Positions 40,645 through 49,841 of a stretch of DNA of 64,000 nucleotides are shown here, in pieces. Under the pieces are notes generated by a model. The model did no database searches. It was not told where the DNA came from and saw nothing but the letters and a program-made list of their open reading frames with translations. The stretch's first letter is position 1. The number at the start of each line of letters is the position of its first letter. The DNA is taken from contig CAZSMK010000026.1 of NCBI GenBank assembly GCA_964608095.1, forward strand, positions 70,664 through 134,663, read 5' to 3'. This DNA comes from an uncultured Candidatus Sumerlaeota bacterium (GTDB taxonomy: Bacteria; Sumerlaeota; Sumerlaeia; MWCT01; JAGHBZ01). Position numbers and translations under genes: made by a program.

Positions 40645-41202
40645 ATGATTGAACAACTGTATCGCGATGCGAAACTAAAGATGAAAAAGGCGGTCGAATT
40701 CATGGAAAGCGAATTCGGCAAATTGCGCACCGGCAAAGCGTCGGCAGCTGTACTCGATCCGGTAAAAGTGCCTGCCTACGGAACGGAATCACCCCTGAAA
40801 CAGGTGGCGTCCGTGAGTGTACCCGATGCGAAAACGATCGTCATTCAACCATGGGACAAGAACCTGATTGGAGCCATTGAGAAGGCGATTCTTGCCGCTA
40901 ATCTTGGACTTACTCCCATTAATGATGGGAAGGTTATCCGTATAAACATACCGGCGCTGACCGAGGAGCGTAGAAAAGATCTGGTACGAATCGCTCATCA
41001 GATAGCCGAAGAGGGCAGAATCGCCATTAGAAATGTCCGCCGGCATGTCAACGACGAGATAAAACAATTGGAAAAAGACCACAAAATCGGCGAGGATGAA
41101 AAATTTAACGCCATTGAAAAGGTGCAGGAACTTACAGACGAATATACCAAAGAGATCGATGACCTTTTAAGCAAGAAGGAAACGGAAATTAAGAAAGTTT
41201 AA
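40645..41202 (+). CDS. frr: Ribosome recycling factor
   Basis: 185 aa with conserved RTGKAS and IPALTEERRKDLVR. Confidence 0.9.
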   Translation: MIEQLYRDAKLKMKKAVEFMESEFGKLRTGKASAAVLDPVKVPAYGTESPLKQVASVSVPDAKTIVIQPWDKNLIGAIEKAILAANLGLTPINDGKVIRINIPALTEERRKDLVRIAHQIAEEGRIAIRNVRRHVNDEIKQLEKDHKIGEDEKFNAIEKVQELTDEYTKEIDDLLSKKETEIKKV

Positions 41203-41231
41203 GGGGAGATAATGTCTCTGAGTGCAGATAA

Positions 41232-42014
41232 ATGGCAAACGTGAAAAAACAGCGGCCAACACGCACACACGGTATTCCCGACCTTGAATCTCGCATAAAC
41301 CCGGAACGGCTACCCCACCACGTCGCCATCATTATGGATGGAAACGGTAGGTGGGCGCGTCAACACGGATACCGAAGCAGGATTCAAGGACATCGTGCAG
41401 GGGTAAAAGCGGTACAGGAGACGGTGGAATCCGCCGTTGAACTCGGTTTGAAAGTCCTTACGCTTTATACCTTTTCCAAAGAGAACTGGCTTCGGCCGCA
41501 ACGTGAGATCAACCGTCTTATGAGGCTTCTCAGCCAATACCTCGATAAAGAACTCCCACGGCTCGAAAAGAACAATATTCGCCTTGTCGTATCCGGCGAT
41601 GTAAATGACCTGCCTGAATTTGTGCTGACCAAGCTTAACCATGTTCTGGAGACCACCCGTAAAAACACACGCATGGTGTTGAATCTTTGCCTCAGTTATG
41701 GCGGCAGGGATGAGATTGTTCATGCGTGCCGTCATATATGCCGCCGGATAATGAACGACCGGCTCACCATCAATGACATCAGCAAAGAACTCTTTTCCAA
41801 GATGTTATATCATCCGGAGCTTGGCGATCCCGATCTTCTTATAAGGACAAGCGGCGAATTCAGAATCTCGAACTTCCTTCTCTGGCAAATTGCCTATACG
41901 GAAATTTATGTCACACCCGTATTCTGGCCCGATTTTAGACGTGAAGATCTCGTTAAAGCCATCCTGGATTATCAATCACGTGAACGGCGATTTGGAAAAG
42001 TATCCGAGAAATAA
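41232..42014 (+). CDS. uppS: Undecaprenyl-diphosphate synthase (isoprenyl transferase)
   Basis: HVAIIMDGNGRWA and the LWQIAYTE motif. Confidence 0.9.
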   Translation: MANVKKQRPTRTHGIPDLESRINPERLPHHVAIIMDGNGRWARQHGYRSRIQGHRAGVKAVQETVESAVELGLKVLTLYTFSKENWLRPQREINRLMRLLSQYLDKELPRLEKNNIRLVVSGDVNDLPEFVLTKLNHVLETTRKNTRMVLNLCLSYGGRDEIVHACRHICRRIMNDRLTINDISKELFSKMLYHPELGDPDLLIRTSGEFRISNFLLWQIAYTEIYVTPVFWPDFRREDLVKAILDYQSRERRFGKVSEK

Positions 42015-42089
42015 TAAGTCCATGGCTCTCTTTTCTTCTTGAACACAATACGATTTCAAGTATAAGGTTTCTCAATTCGCAAAATAGAA

Positions 42090-42938
42090 ATGCCGTATCA
42101 GGATTCTGAACACATGTGGAAGAGAATAGGAACGGGTATACTATTTTTTCTGGTTTTTCTCGCCGGCGTTCACATAAAATGGCTCTGGTGGCTGATGCCG
42201 TGTATAATAGTGATTGCCGGATTGTTGGGAGTTGCAGAATTTGTGGCGCTTGCCGGAAAGAAGGGTGTAAGAGCGCCTCTTTTGCTAAGCATGATCATAG
42301 CGCTCTTGATTTTTGCAGGCGCTTTTTCCGGTTCCCTCGATAACCTGCCGGCGATCTTCTCTCTGTCACTCTGCATACTGCTGATTTATTTCGCATTGGT
42401 CGGGGATTTGAAAGACTCTATCCGCAGTGCCTCCGTCGTTCTTATGGCAAGCGTATATGTGGCTCTTCCACTTGGTATCACCCTTGCCCTCTTTCGCCTA
42501 TCTACTCCAGAAAGTCAGGGACTGCCGTTGTTGGTTTTTATAGTTGTTGTCGCATGGTCGACTGATACCGGCGCCTATGGATTCGGCGGCGCTTTTGGTA
42601 AAAGAAAGATCGCGCCGGTGCTCAGTCCGAACAAAACGGTCGAAGGCTGTATCGGTGGTTTCCTTTCCGGCATTGTTGTCGCCTTACTCATGGTGGCGTG
42701 CTGGAAGACGCTCCGGACAATGATTCCCTGGCAACACGCTTTTTTTCTCGGCGCTCTTATAGGCTTCTTCAGCCAGGTGGGAGACCTTGCGGAATCCGCG
42801 TTCAAACGTGACGCCGGAGTCAAGGATTCCGGCAACACCATCATGGGGCACGGCGGCATTCTCGACGTTATCGACAGCCTCCTTCTCATCTTCCCACTCT
42901 CTTACCTCTATCTTCACTTTATCCTGAAATTGCTTTAA
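42090..42938 (+). CDS. cdsA: Phosphatidate cytidylyltransferase
   Basis: A polytopic protein with the TGAYGFGGAFGKRKIAP.LSPNKTVEG signature. Confidence 0.85.
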   Translation: MPYQDSEHMWKRIGTGILFFLVFLAGVHIKWLWWLMPCIIVIAGLLGVAEFVALAGKKGVRAPLLLSMIIALLIFAGAFSGSLDNLPAIFSLSLCILLIYFALVGDLKDSIRSASVVLMASVYVALPLGITLALFRLSTPESQGLPLLVFIVVVAWSTDTGAYGFGGAFGKRKIAPVLSPNKTVEGCIGGFLSGIVVALLMVACWKTLRTMIPWQHAFFLGALIGFFSQVGDLAESAFKRDAGVKDSGNTIMGHGGILDVIDSLLLIFPLSYLYLHFILKLL

Positions 42939-42944
42939 GCGTAT

Positions 42945-45455
42945 TTGTTTTTGCACGTATGCATACATTCCACTATGGCACATGACGACAACACATTAAA
43001 AAACGTCCATTGGAAACCGCTTCTGTTTTTGTTTCTGCTTCTCCTGATATTCTCACTTCCCCTTGTGCCCGGATGGAAACTTCTTTCCGGTGGGGATATC
43101 GTCAACCAGTATATCCCGTATAAACATTTCTGGAAGGTATGGTTGTCGCGCGGCGTGTTTCCCTTATGGAACCCCCTGATATTCAGCGGAAGACCTTTTC
43201 TCGGCGACATTCAACTCGGCCTCTTCTATCCCTTGAACCTCGTCCACCTTGTGTTCACTCCTCAGGTCGCTTTTTCTCTCGAGGTACTCATTCATCTTGC
43301 GATTGCACTCGCGGGTTTTTATCTTTTCATGCAGCGAATTCTCAGGGTTTCATGGGAAGGAGCCCTTGTCGGTACAATTGTGTTTGTGTTCAGCGGTTTC
43401 TTCCTTACACGCCTTTATAGCGGAATCGTTCTTTTCATTTTTACCGCTGCATGGACGCCTCTCGTCTACTATTCATTCTGTCGCTGGTTGACAACCCATA
43501 AGATTAAATGCATCGGTTACACGGCGTTTCTAATAGCACTGCAATTTCTCGCAGGCGCACCGCAAATAGCCGTCATCTCCAATACCGGCCTTTTGCTTCT
43601 GTTTATTATTTACGTGATAACGACATATAAGGTTTCTGGAGCGAAACCGGGCATAACCTTACGTTTTCTTGCAGGGAGCTTGTTAATAGCGCTCCTTGCT
43701 GCCGGTCTTTGTGCAATACAGTTATTACCGACGTATGAATTTATGGGATATAGTTTTGAACGAGGCGGGAAAACCGCGTGGGAGTACGCAACAATCGATT
43801 CCCTTAAACCGCGGTTTGTCCTGACCTGGCTCTTTCCTGATATTTTCCACTCGCCCACTAACCCCGAAATCTACTGGGGCGGGCTTGAAGGATACTGGGA
43901 AATAAACGCCTACACCAGTATAGCCGCCCTTCCTTTTGTGATATTATTCTTGCTTCTTTTGATACCTGTTTCCACACGTAGATTCATCATTCAAAAACAG
44001 CATAACGAGAGATCGAAAACGGTCATGGTGATAACGCTCTGTGTAATGATTATAGTGGGATTGAGTCTTGCGTTTGGACGTTACTCGCCTTTATACGCCC
44101 TCTTTTACCACATAGTACCTTTTATCAGCAAGTTTCGGGTCCCTGCACGGTGGACCTTTCTTTACGTGTTCGCTATTTCGATTCTTGCAGGCATGGCAAT
44201 AGATGTTATTTTAAGACTAAGGAATGCTCTTGCTACTACTGCGCTACGTTTTTCATGGATGCTCCTTATTCTCCTTGTGCTTTGCAGTATAGGTATGATG
44301 GTGTTCCTGCCCGTGTTATTGAAGAGCCTTGGATTGTACAATCATTTTGACACTGCCCCGCCTCGGGTGGCAGCCGAAGCGATTGAACGATGCATTCAGA
44401 AAGCGCGCACCTCGGTGCTTACCAGCTGCACACTCGCAACCTTGAGCACGCTCCTCGCTCTCCTCTTTCTTGTCCGCAGAATCAATACGCGTACATTTAC
44501 ATTACTCCTAACAGGAATAATCATCTTCGACGTCTTCATATTTGGAATAAAATTCTGGGAAGCCACACCGGCGAATAAATATGAAAAAAACTTTTATCCA
44601 CATACTCCACTTATTTCGTTGCTCGAGGATGAACTGCACAAGGAGCGCCATCGATTTATTGCCCTCGATGATGTGTACTCATGGGTCAACGACCAAAACC
44701 AGATGGAAATTTACCCGAACAGGGCAATGATGTATGGACTAAGGGATGCGCGTGGCTACGACCCGCTCTATATTCGGTCATACGGAGAGTTCATGAATGC
44801 CCTGGCGGGTCGATCCATCGATAAATCCCCCGGCGCTCTTCTCTTTATCGACCATTTCACCAATCCTTCACTCCTGAAACTTCTTAACGTAAAGGTCGTC
44901 CTCACCTATCAAAATCTCGATCATCCCGGTCTTACACGTATTCGAAAAATGCCTTTCGGCTTGAATGTCTATCAAAATGAATCATGCGTTGGACACGCCT
45001 TCATTGCACAGGCTGAACAGTTCGATGGGGATAAATACCAACTCCTCTCGCATCTTGTAAAAACCGAGGTCTCGGATACGGTTTATACCAAACAGGCGCC
45101 TCCTTCACCATCGCGCGAAAAGACGCCTGATAACGCTTCTCCCGGTTCGGTAAGAATGATTTATACAAATCCCAACTCGCAAACATACGAGGTAAACGTC
45201 AGAAACGGCAATATCCTTGTATTTTGTGAAAACTTCTATCCGGGCTGGAAAGTTTTCGTAGACGGTAAATCCTCCGAGCTCGTTCAGGTAGACCATACCT
45301 TCTGTGGCGTATTCCTTCCTCGAGGAACGCATACTGTGCAAAAAATCTATCGTCCCGTGGTTTTTTACCAGGGATTCGCTCTTTCGACTATGAGCTGCCT
45401 TCTTCTCCTTTTCATCCTGCTCGTAAAAAAGCGCAAGGGTAAAACGGAGATTTGA
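42945..45455 (+). CDS. YfhO-family polytopic membrane protein (putative glycosyl/lipid-linked sugar transferase)
   Basis: The N-terminal GGDIVNQYIPYKHFWKVWLSRGVFPLWNPLIFSGRPF matches the YfhO start. 836 aa and many TMs. Confidence 0.6.
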   Translation: MFLHVCIHSTMAHDDNTLKNVHWKPLLFLFLLLLIFSLPLVPGWKLLSGGDIVNQYIPYKHFWKVWLSRGVFPLWNPLIFSGRPFLGDIQLGLFYPLNLVHLVFTPQVAFSLEVLIHLAIALAGFYLFMQRILRVSWEGALVGTIVFVFSGFFLTRLYSGIVLFIFTAAWTPLVYYSFCRWLTTHKIKCIGYTAFLIALQFLAGAPQIAVISNTGLLLLFIIYVITTYKVSGAKPGITLRFLAGSLLIALLAAGLCAIQLLPTYEFMGYSFERGGKTAWEYATIDSLKPRFVLTWLFPDIFHSPTNPEIYWGGLEGYWEINAYTSIAALPFVILFLLLLIPVSTRRFIIQKQHNERSKTVMVITLCVMIIVGLSLAFGRYSPLYALFYHIVPFISKFRVPARWTFLYVFAISILAGMAIDVILRLRNALATTALRFSWMLLILLVLCSIGMMVFLPVLLKSLGLYNHFDTAPPRVAAEAIERCIQKARTSVLTSCTLATLSTLLALLFLVRRINTRTFTLLLTGIIIFDVFIFGIKFWEATPANKYEKNFYPHTPLISLLEDELHKERHRFIALDDVYSWVNDQNQMEIYPNRAMMYGLRDARGYDPLYIRSYGEFMNALAGRSIDKSPGALLFIDHFTNPSLLKLLNVKVVLTYQNLDHPGLTRIRKMPFGLNVYQNESCVGHAFIAQAEQFDGDKYQLLSHLVKTEVSDTVYTKQAPPSPSREKTPDNASPGSVRMIYTNPNSQTYEVNVRNGNILVFCENFYPGWKVFVDGKSSELVQVDHTFCGVFLPRGTHTVQKIYRPVVFYQGFALSTMSCLLLLFILLVKKRKGKTEI

Positions 45456-45480
45456 TCGCAGCCTACGAACGCTTCTCTCA

Positions 45481-47229
45481 TCAATAATTCTTCATGGCGG
45501 GAAAAGAACTGCGGGGGGAATGTATGGTCGTATGCGGCTTGGGGCAAAGTTTTGATGCAAGACCGAGCGCACCTTCCAGGGCGTCCAGACCATCGTCATG
45601 TGAAGACTGTGGAAAGTCGCGGCACTGGTCGATAAAGCCGGCACATAGTCGCTCGTTGAAGAGCAACCATTTATTTGCAATGAAAGGTTCGAGGCGAGTT
45701 ATTCGCGCAATTTTATTCTCGCGATGGGTTACCGGCTCGACGTGGAGCCGCCAGTGAATACGCCCCTCTCCCTTGAGACGTTTCCGTTCCTCTTCTATGG
45801 GCAGCATTAGCAAGGATTGGAAACAGTTTGCCTCAATGCCGAAGAGGGAATAGTTCCATCGCTCGTGAAGTTCGAAAATACGGCGCACTTGCTTGGTGGG
45901 CACGGCGCGCTCGAGCCACATATCAACGAGATAATAATACCCGAATCTGTCGACTCCTACGGTAGCGATAGCGGCAAAATCGGATGTTCGTGAGCGCCCC
46001 GAGGCGCCCAGCGCGGAATCCAGAAACCCCACCATTTTAAGCTCGGAAACATCAACCTTGCGCGCTCTCGTGGTTTCTGAAGCACCCTCTCTATCGTTCT
46101 TAACCATGATAACGCCTTTATCGAGTGAGAAGTACACGAAGGAGTCCGGATCGAAAATACGATGTTCTACCGAGCGAGGTTCGTTTTGTTTCTCCTTGAA
46201 AAACGCACGACGTCCACGGGTCGTAAGCTGACACATCAACTCGTAATAGTCCTCCTTCTGTCGCCAGAGCACCTTTACACCTTCGTTCATTGCTGTTTTA
46301 TGCTGGTCATAAAATGCGCGTGCGGTATTCATCCGGTTTGAATCCTTGAGATCGGTATACAAGCGCCGCCACTGCTCCCAGAGCGTGTGATGCGTCGCAA
46401 AGCTTTTGACGGCGACAAATCGCCTTGCGGAAAAATCGGGACGATGAAGCATATTCTCGAGCAGGCTCTCCCGGTGAAGTACCGTCCCGATAACGGATAC
46501 CCTCGTATAGGTATCGCCGAGGTTTTCAATCACCTCATTGAACCAGTTCATGAGTTTCTCACGCTGGTCGGGGCTCTCCACGGCTTCCGAGTCCTCGCCG
46601 TCGTCAATAATAATCAGCGTGGGCCTGACCTCGCGGTAGGTGATACCGCGAAGTTCCGTCCCGGCAGAGAACACATCCACCTGAATATCGTTTACGTTTA
46701 TACTCTTAGTAGTCCAGACCGTGCGCGCCTTGAGCTCCGAACTATACACGGATTTTAAAAGGGCGTTGTTGATGAGCTCCGACTTGATATTTTGGAGCCG
46801 CTGCTTCGCCTGTTTCAATGTCGCGGAAATAATAACGATGTATCGCTCTTGCGCATACAGGATAGAATGAACGGGCAGGATAAGGGTTTTAAGCGTTGAT
46901 TTGGCATAGCCACGCGGCGCGGCGACGACCTCATTGCCACCACGACGGTTAAGGACATCGTCGGTTATCCCCTTCTCATAGCGGTGAATAATATAGCGGT
47001 GCAGGGACGAGAAAGGCAACCGGCAGTAGTGAGGAAAAAAATAACGCGCGAACAGAAATACGTCATTCAGGCATCGAATCCTCAGCGCTTCTCTCACCGT
47101 TGCCGTTCTCTTGCATCTTCTCAAGAACTCGAGAAATTTCTTTCTGGAGCAAGTCGAGATCCGTTCTGTTACCGTTTTGTTCATCGCTGTAGTTAACCTC
47201 GAGGGAAACTGCATTCTGACGCCCTTCAT
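45481..47229 (-). CDS. Phage terminase large-subunit-like protein (ATPase + RNase-H-like nuclease)
   Basis: An N-terminal ARYFFPHY segment. A deviant Walker A VVAAPRGYAKST. A Walker B LIIIDDGED. A C-terminal nuclease-like region GIEANCFQS. The start is probably downstream of the annotated ATG, because the 5' 167 nt overlap the preceding ORF. Confidence 0.55.
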   Translation of the reverse strand: MKGVRMQFPSRLTTAMNKTVTERISTCSRKKFLEFLRRCKRTATVREALRIRCLNDVFLFARYFFPHYCRLPFSSLHRYIIHRYEKGITDDVLNRRGGNEVVAAPRGYAKSTLKTLILPVHSILYAQERYIVIISATLKQAKQRLQNIKSELINNALLKSVYSSELKARTVWTTKSINVNDIQVDVFSAGTELRGITYREVRPTLIIIDDGEDSEAVESPDQREKLMNWFNEVIENLGDTYTRVSVIGTVLHRESLLENMLHRPDFSARRFVAVKSFATHHTLWEQWRRLYTDLKDSNRMNTARAFYDQHKTAMNEGVKVLWRQKEDYYELMCQLTTRGRRAFFKEKQNEPRSVEHRIFDPDSFVYFSLDKGVIMVKNDREGASETTRARKVDVSELKMVGFLDSALGASGRSRTSDFAAIATVGVDRFGYYYLVDMWLERAVPTKQVRRIFELHERWNYSLFGIEANCFQSLLMLPIEEERKRLKGEGRIHWRLHVEPVTHRENKIARITRLEPFIANKWLLFNERLCAGFIDQCRDFPQSSHDDGLDALEGALGLASKLCPKPHTTIHSPRSSFPAMKNY

Positions 47230-47425
47230 GAATTCGTTTCAGGCAGTTAATGGCATAATAAAAATCGCGTATATTTTCGATCTTGTACGTTGTAATGGTT
47301 TTACCGCTTGCTTCGTCGACTACCTGGTGACGATGTTTTTTAAGGTAGGAGACAAGGATACGCTCAGCCTCACGCCATTCGCGCTCCATCTGTCTTGCAA
47401 GCTTTTGAAGTTTGTTCTGTCTCAT
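47063..47425 (-). CDS. Hypothetical small basic protein immediately upstream of the terminase-like gene (possible small-subunit or DNA-binding partner)
   Basis: A 120-aa charged ORF with no recognised motif. It overlaps the terminase-like ORF's 5' end. Confidence 0.3.
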   Translation of the reverse strand: MRQNKLQKLARQMEREWREAERILVSYLKKHRHQVVDEASGKTITTYKIENIRDFYYAINCLKRIHEGRQNAVSLEVNYSDEQNGNRTDLDLLQKEISRVLEKMQENGNGERSAEDSMPE

Positions 47426-47736
47426 TCATTAAGCCCGGTAGGATCGAAAATGTCCCTCATTAAAAAAAAGGACACGCTTATTTCACCATAAAACCCAATC
47501 TGGTACAATTCCCCTCGAAACCCTTGAAGACCCTTACGGCACCGAAATCTCAGGCTCCGATGACGTCAACCTGCTTTCCTGCGATGTAGAAGACCGGACT
47601 TTTGCATTGGGGAATATGTTTTATCGGACCGAGCGTTCCGAGCAGTCTGAGCAGTCCGAGAGGTATAAAAAAGAAGATGGGTCACCCGAAAAAGGTCGTG
47701 AATTCGCCTTTTCGTATGCGCTCGTTTTTTATCGGG

Positions 47737-49797
47737 CTATGGTAAGGGCAGTTCGTGTACCGCTGGATCGAACTCCTGGATTGCATCGCGTAACGCGCGC
47801 GATGCCGCAAGATGAACCTCCTTGGTCATTCCTGCACCTGTGCGCATTTCCTTGAACCGTTCCAGGGCATTATATTTCCTCAACTCGGGGCGTTTCGTAT
47901 AAAGGTCTCTATGGTCTTTCATTGAGGGTATATAGGCTTCCATATCTTTTTCCTTCACGACGCTGACTTCTTCAAACCCGATCCGCAGCCCATACACGGT
48001 ATAGTCGAACATGATGTCTGATTTTCCATTTTGTAGTTCTTTAACGACGATTTCTTGTGTGCTAACCGACGCCACATAGAGCCCATTACAATTCCCCCGA
48101 GGGGTCACGTGAGCGGTCAAGCCGATGTCTGGATTCGTCACCCATTTAAATGTCTCGCCGAGTTGGAGTGTGGCTTCGCCGTTGACTAATCTTCCCACAC
48201 CACGTGTGTAAGTCGCAACCTCGTCGCCTTCAGGTGCGGCATATACAATCACCTTGTCCTCTTCATAGGGATGATTCTGAACAAATGAGCAATCACCGGT
48301 ACCGTATATTTTGTGGGTGCTGTATCCGACGCGTGCATAGCCGCTGGAATCGGTATCGTCAAAGAAGCCCCCCGCCATAAGCCCATCTCCCCGCACCCCG
48401 ATGCCGTCAAGCCCAAGTTTTGCTTCGCAGTTACCGTCACGGTCTTTGAAGTACCCACCCGCTTCGGTTCCTTGCGCCCAGATACCCCATTCCTTTCCAT
48501 CGGCATCTTTATAACCGCAGCGCGCCTCGGCCTTCTCGTCGCTGTGAAGGAAATGACCGCCTACTTTGGCGCCCTTTGCCATAATGCCTTTTTCGCGTCC
48601 TTCGCCGTCTGTATAAGCGACCCAGGCTTCGCCGGTGCCATTCGAGTCTTTGAAATAGCCGCCCGCAGTATCTCCTTGTGCGCTCAGACCATAATGACCC
48701 GTTGCCAGAGATGCTTCCCCGGAAAAAATTTTTGACTTGAAATAGCCGCCCTTGCTTCCCTCGCCGTACACGGCGTAATCTCCCACACCCAGCTTTGCAA
48801 TGGAAAAATTAGGACCGTGAACCTCGAGCTTCGATGTGGGGGCTGGAGTACCGATACCCACATTGCCATCGCCAAGGTATAATGTACCGAATACTCCACC
48901 GTTTCTATCGTACGACTGGACGGTACCCCGGTGGCTTGCGCTGTTATAGGCCAATTCGAGACCTTCGCCGGTTCCTGCGGCAGGGAAGGTATCTTTGCGT
49001 ATACGAACAACGCCGTCCACGTCAAGCCTTGAGCCGGGTGTAGCGGTACCGATACCGACGTTTCCTGTGCCGTCCTGGATTACCATCCGTGTGCCGGGTG
49101 TTCCATTGTAGTCATACCAATACAAGTATTGACTGCCGGAATTCCAGGCGTTGCTCCATTTATTGACACTGTTTTGCTGAATGTCTATGCCCGTAATAGA
49201 GCCTGTGGTGTTGAGTTTGACTTTCGTATTATTCCCTTTAACGGTTAAATTCCCCTCGACCGCGGTCTTGCCGGTAAAATAACCGGCATAGCCGTTGCCT
49301 GTATTGGTGACGGACAATACGGCGTTTGGATGTGCTGCGGCCGCTGATAATTCTACGGGTGCGGTAATTCCCCCGGCTCTTTTCGCCTGGAACGCGAATG
49401 CCGCAGAAGAAATTTTTTGCCGGGGTTCGAAGATTTCACTCGCCTCGAATGTACTGTTATTGTTTGTATCCACTTCAGTTTCTATCCAGAGGTCGGGATA
49501 CGAACTGAAAAAGTCGACTGAAAACGGATTCGTGTCTCCGAGGACAACAGAGTAATACCCTTGAGTAACTGTCACCGCGTATGCCGCGATATGTGTTTCT
49601 TCCCAGAGTGAGGAGCCACCGCTCGCGATGTTATAAACCCGAAAACGCATGTTATAACTTCCGCTCGGTAGGGGTATGCCGTCTCCATCGCGCAAGACTC
49701 CCTGAAAAAAAAGTGTGTCAGATGCAAGAACCAGGCTTGCACACATCATCATCATACCCATGATTACTATACTTCTGAGTGTAATTCTGTACTTCAT
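47737..49797 (-). CDS. Secreted tail-fibre-like beta-repeat protein, paralogue 1
   Basis: It has a signal peptide. An N-terminal module FFQGVLRDGDGIPLPSGSYNMRFRVY. Tail-fibre-type segments GNVGIGTATPGSRLDVDG and GNVGIGTPAPTSKLEVHG. Multiple ~25-aa Gly-rich repeats (AGGYFKD..G.GEA). Confidence 0.5.
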   Translation of the reverse strand: MKYRITLRSIVIMGMMMMCASLVLASDTLFFQGVLRDGDGIPLPSGSYNMRFRVYNIASGGSSLWEETHIAAYAVTVTQGYYSVVLGDTNPFSVDFFSSYPDLWIETEVDTNNNSTFEASEIFEPRQKISSAAFAFQAKRAGGITAPVELSAAAAHPNAVLSVTNTGNGYAGYFTGKTAVEGNLTVKGNNTKVKLNTTGSITGIDIQQNSVNKWSNAWNSGSQYLYWYDYNGTPGTRMVIQDGTGNVGIGTATPGSRLDVDGVVRIRKDTFPAAGTGEGLELAYNSASHRGTVQSYDRNGGVFGTLYLGDGNVGIGTPAPTSKLEVHGPNFSIAKLGVGDYAVYGEGSKGGYFKSKIFSGEASLATGHYGLSAQGDTAGGYFKDSNGTGEAWVAYTDGEGREKGIMAKGAKVGGHFLHSDEKAEARCGYKDADGKEWGIWAQGTEAGGYFKDRDGNCEAKLGLDGIGVRGDGLMAGGFFDDTDSSGYARVGYSTHKIYGTGDCSFVQNHPYEEDKVIVYAAPEGDEVATYTRGVGRLVNGEATLQLGETFKWVTNPDIGLTAHVTPRGNCNGLYVASVSTQEIVVKELQNGKSDIMFDYTVYGLRIGFEEVSVVKEKDMEAYIPSMKDHRDLYTKRPELRKYNALERFKEMRTGAGMTKEVHLAASRALRDAIQEFDPAVHELPLP

Positions 49798-49841
49798 GAC
49801 TTCTATCTCCTTTTGTTCTCTCTATAGTTATGTTTTTCTTT

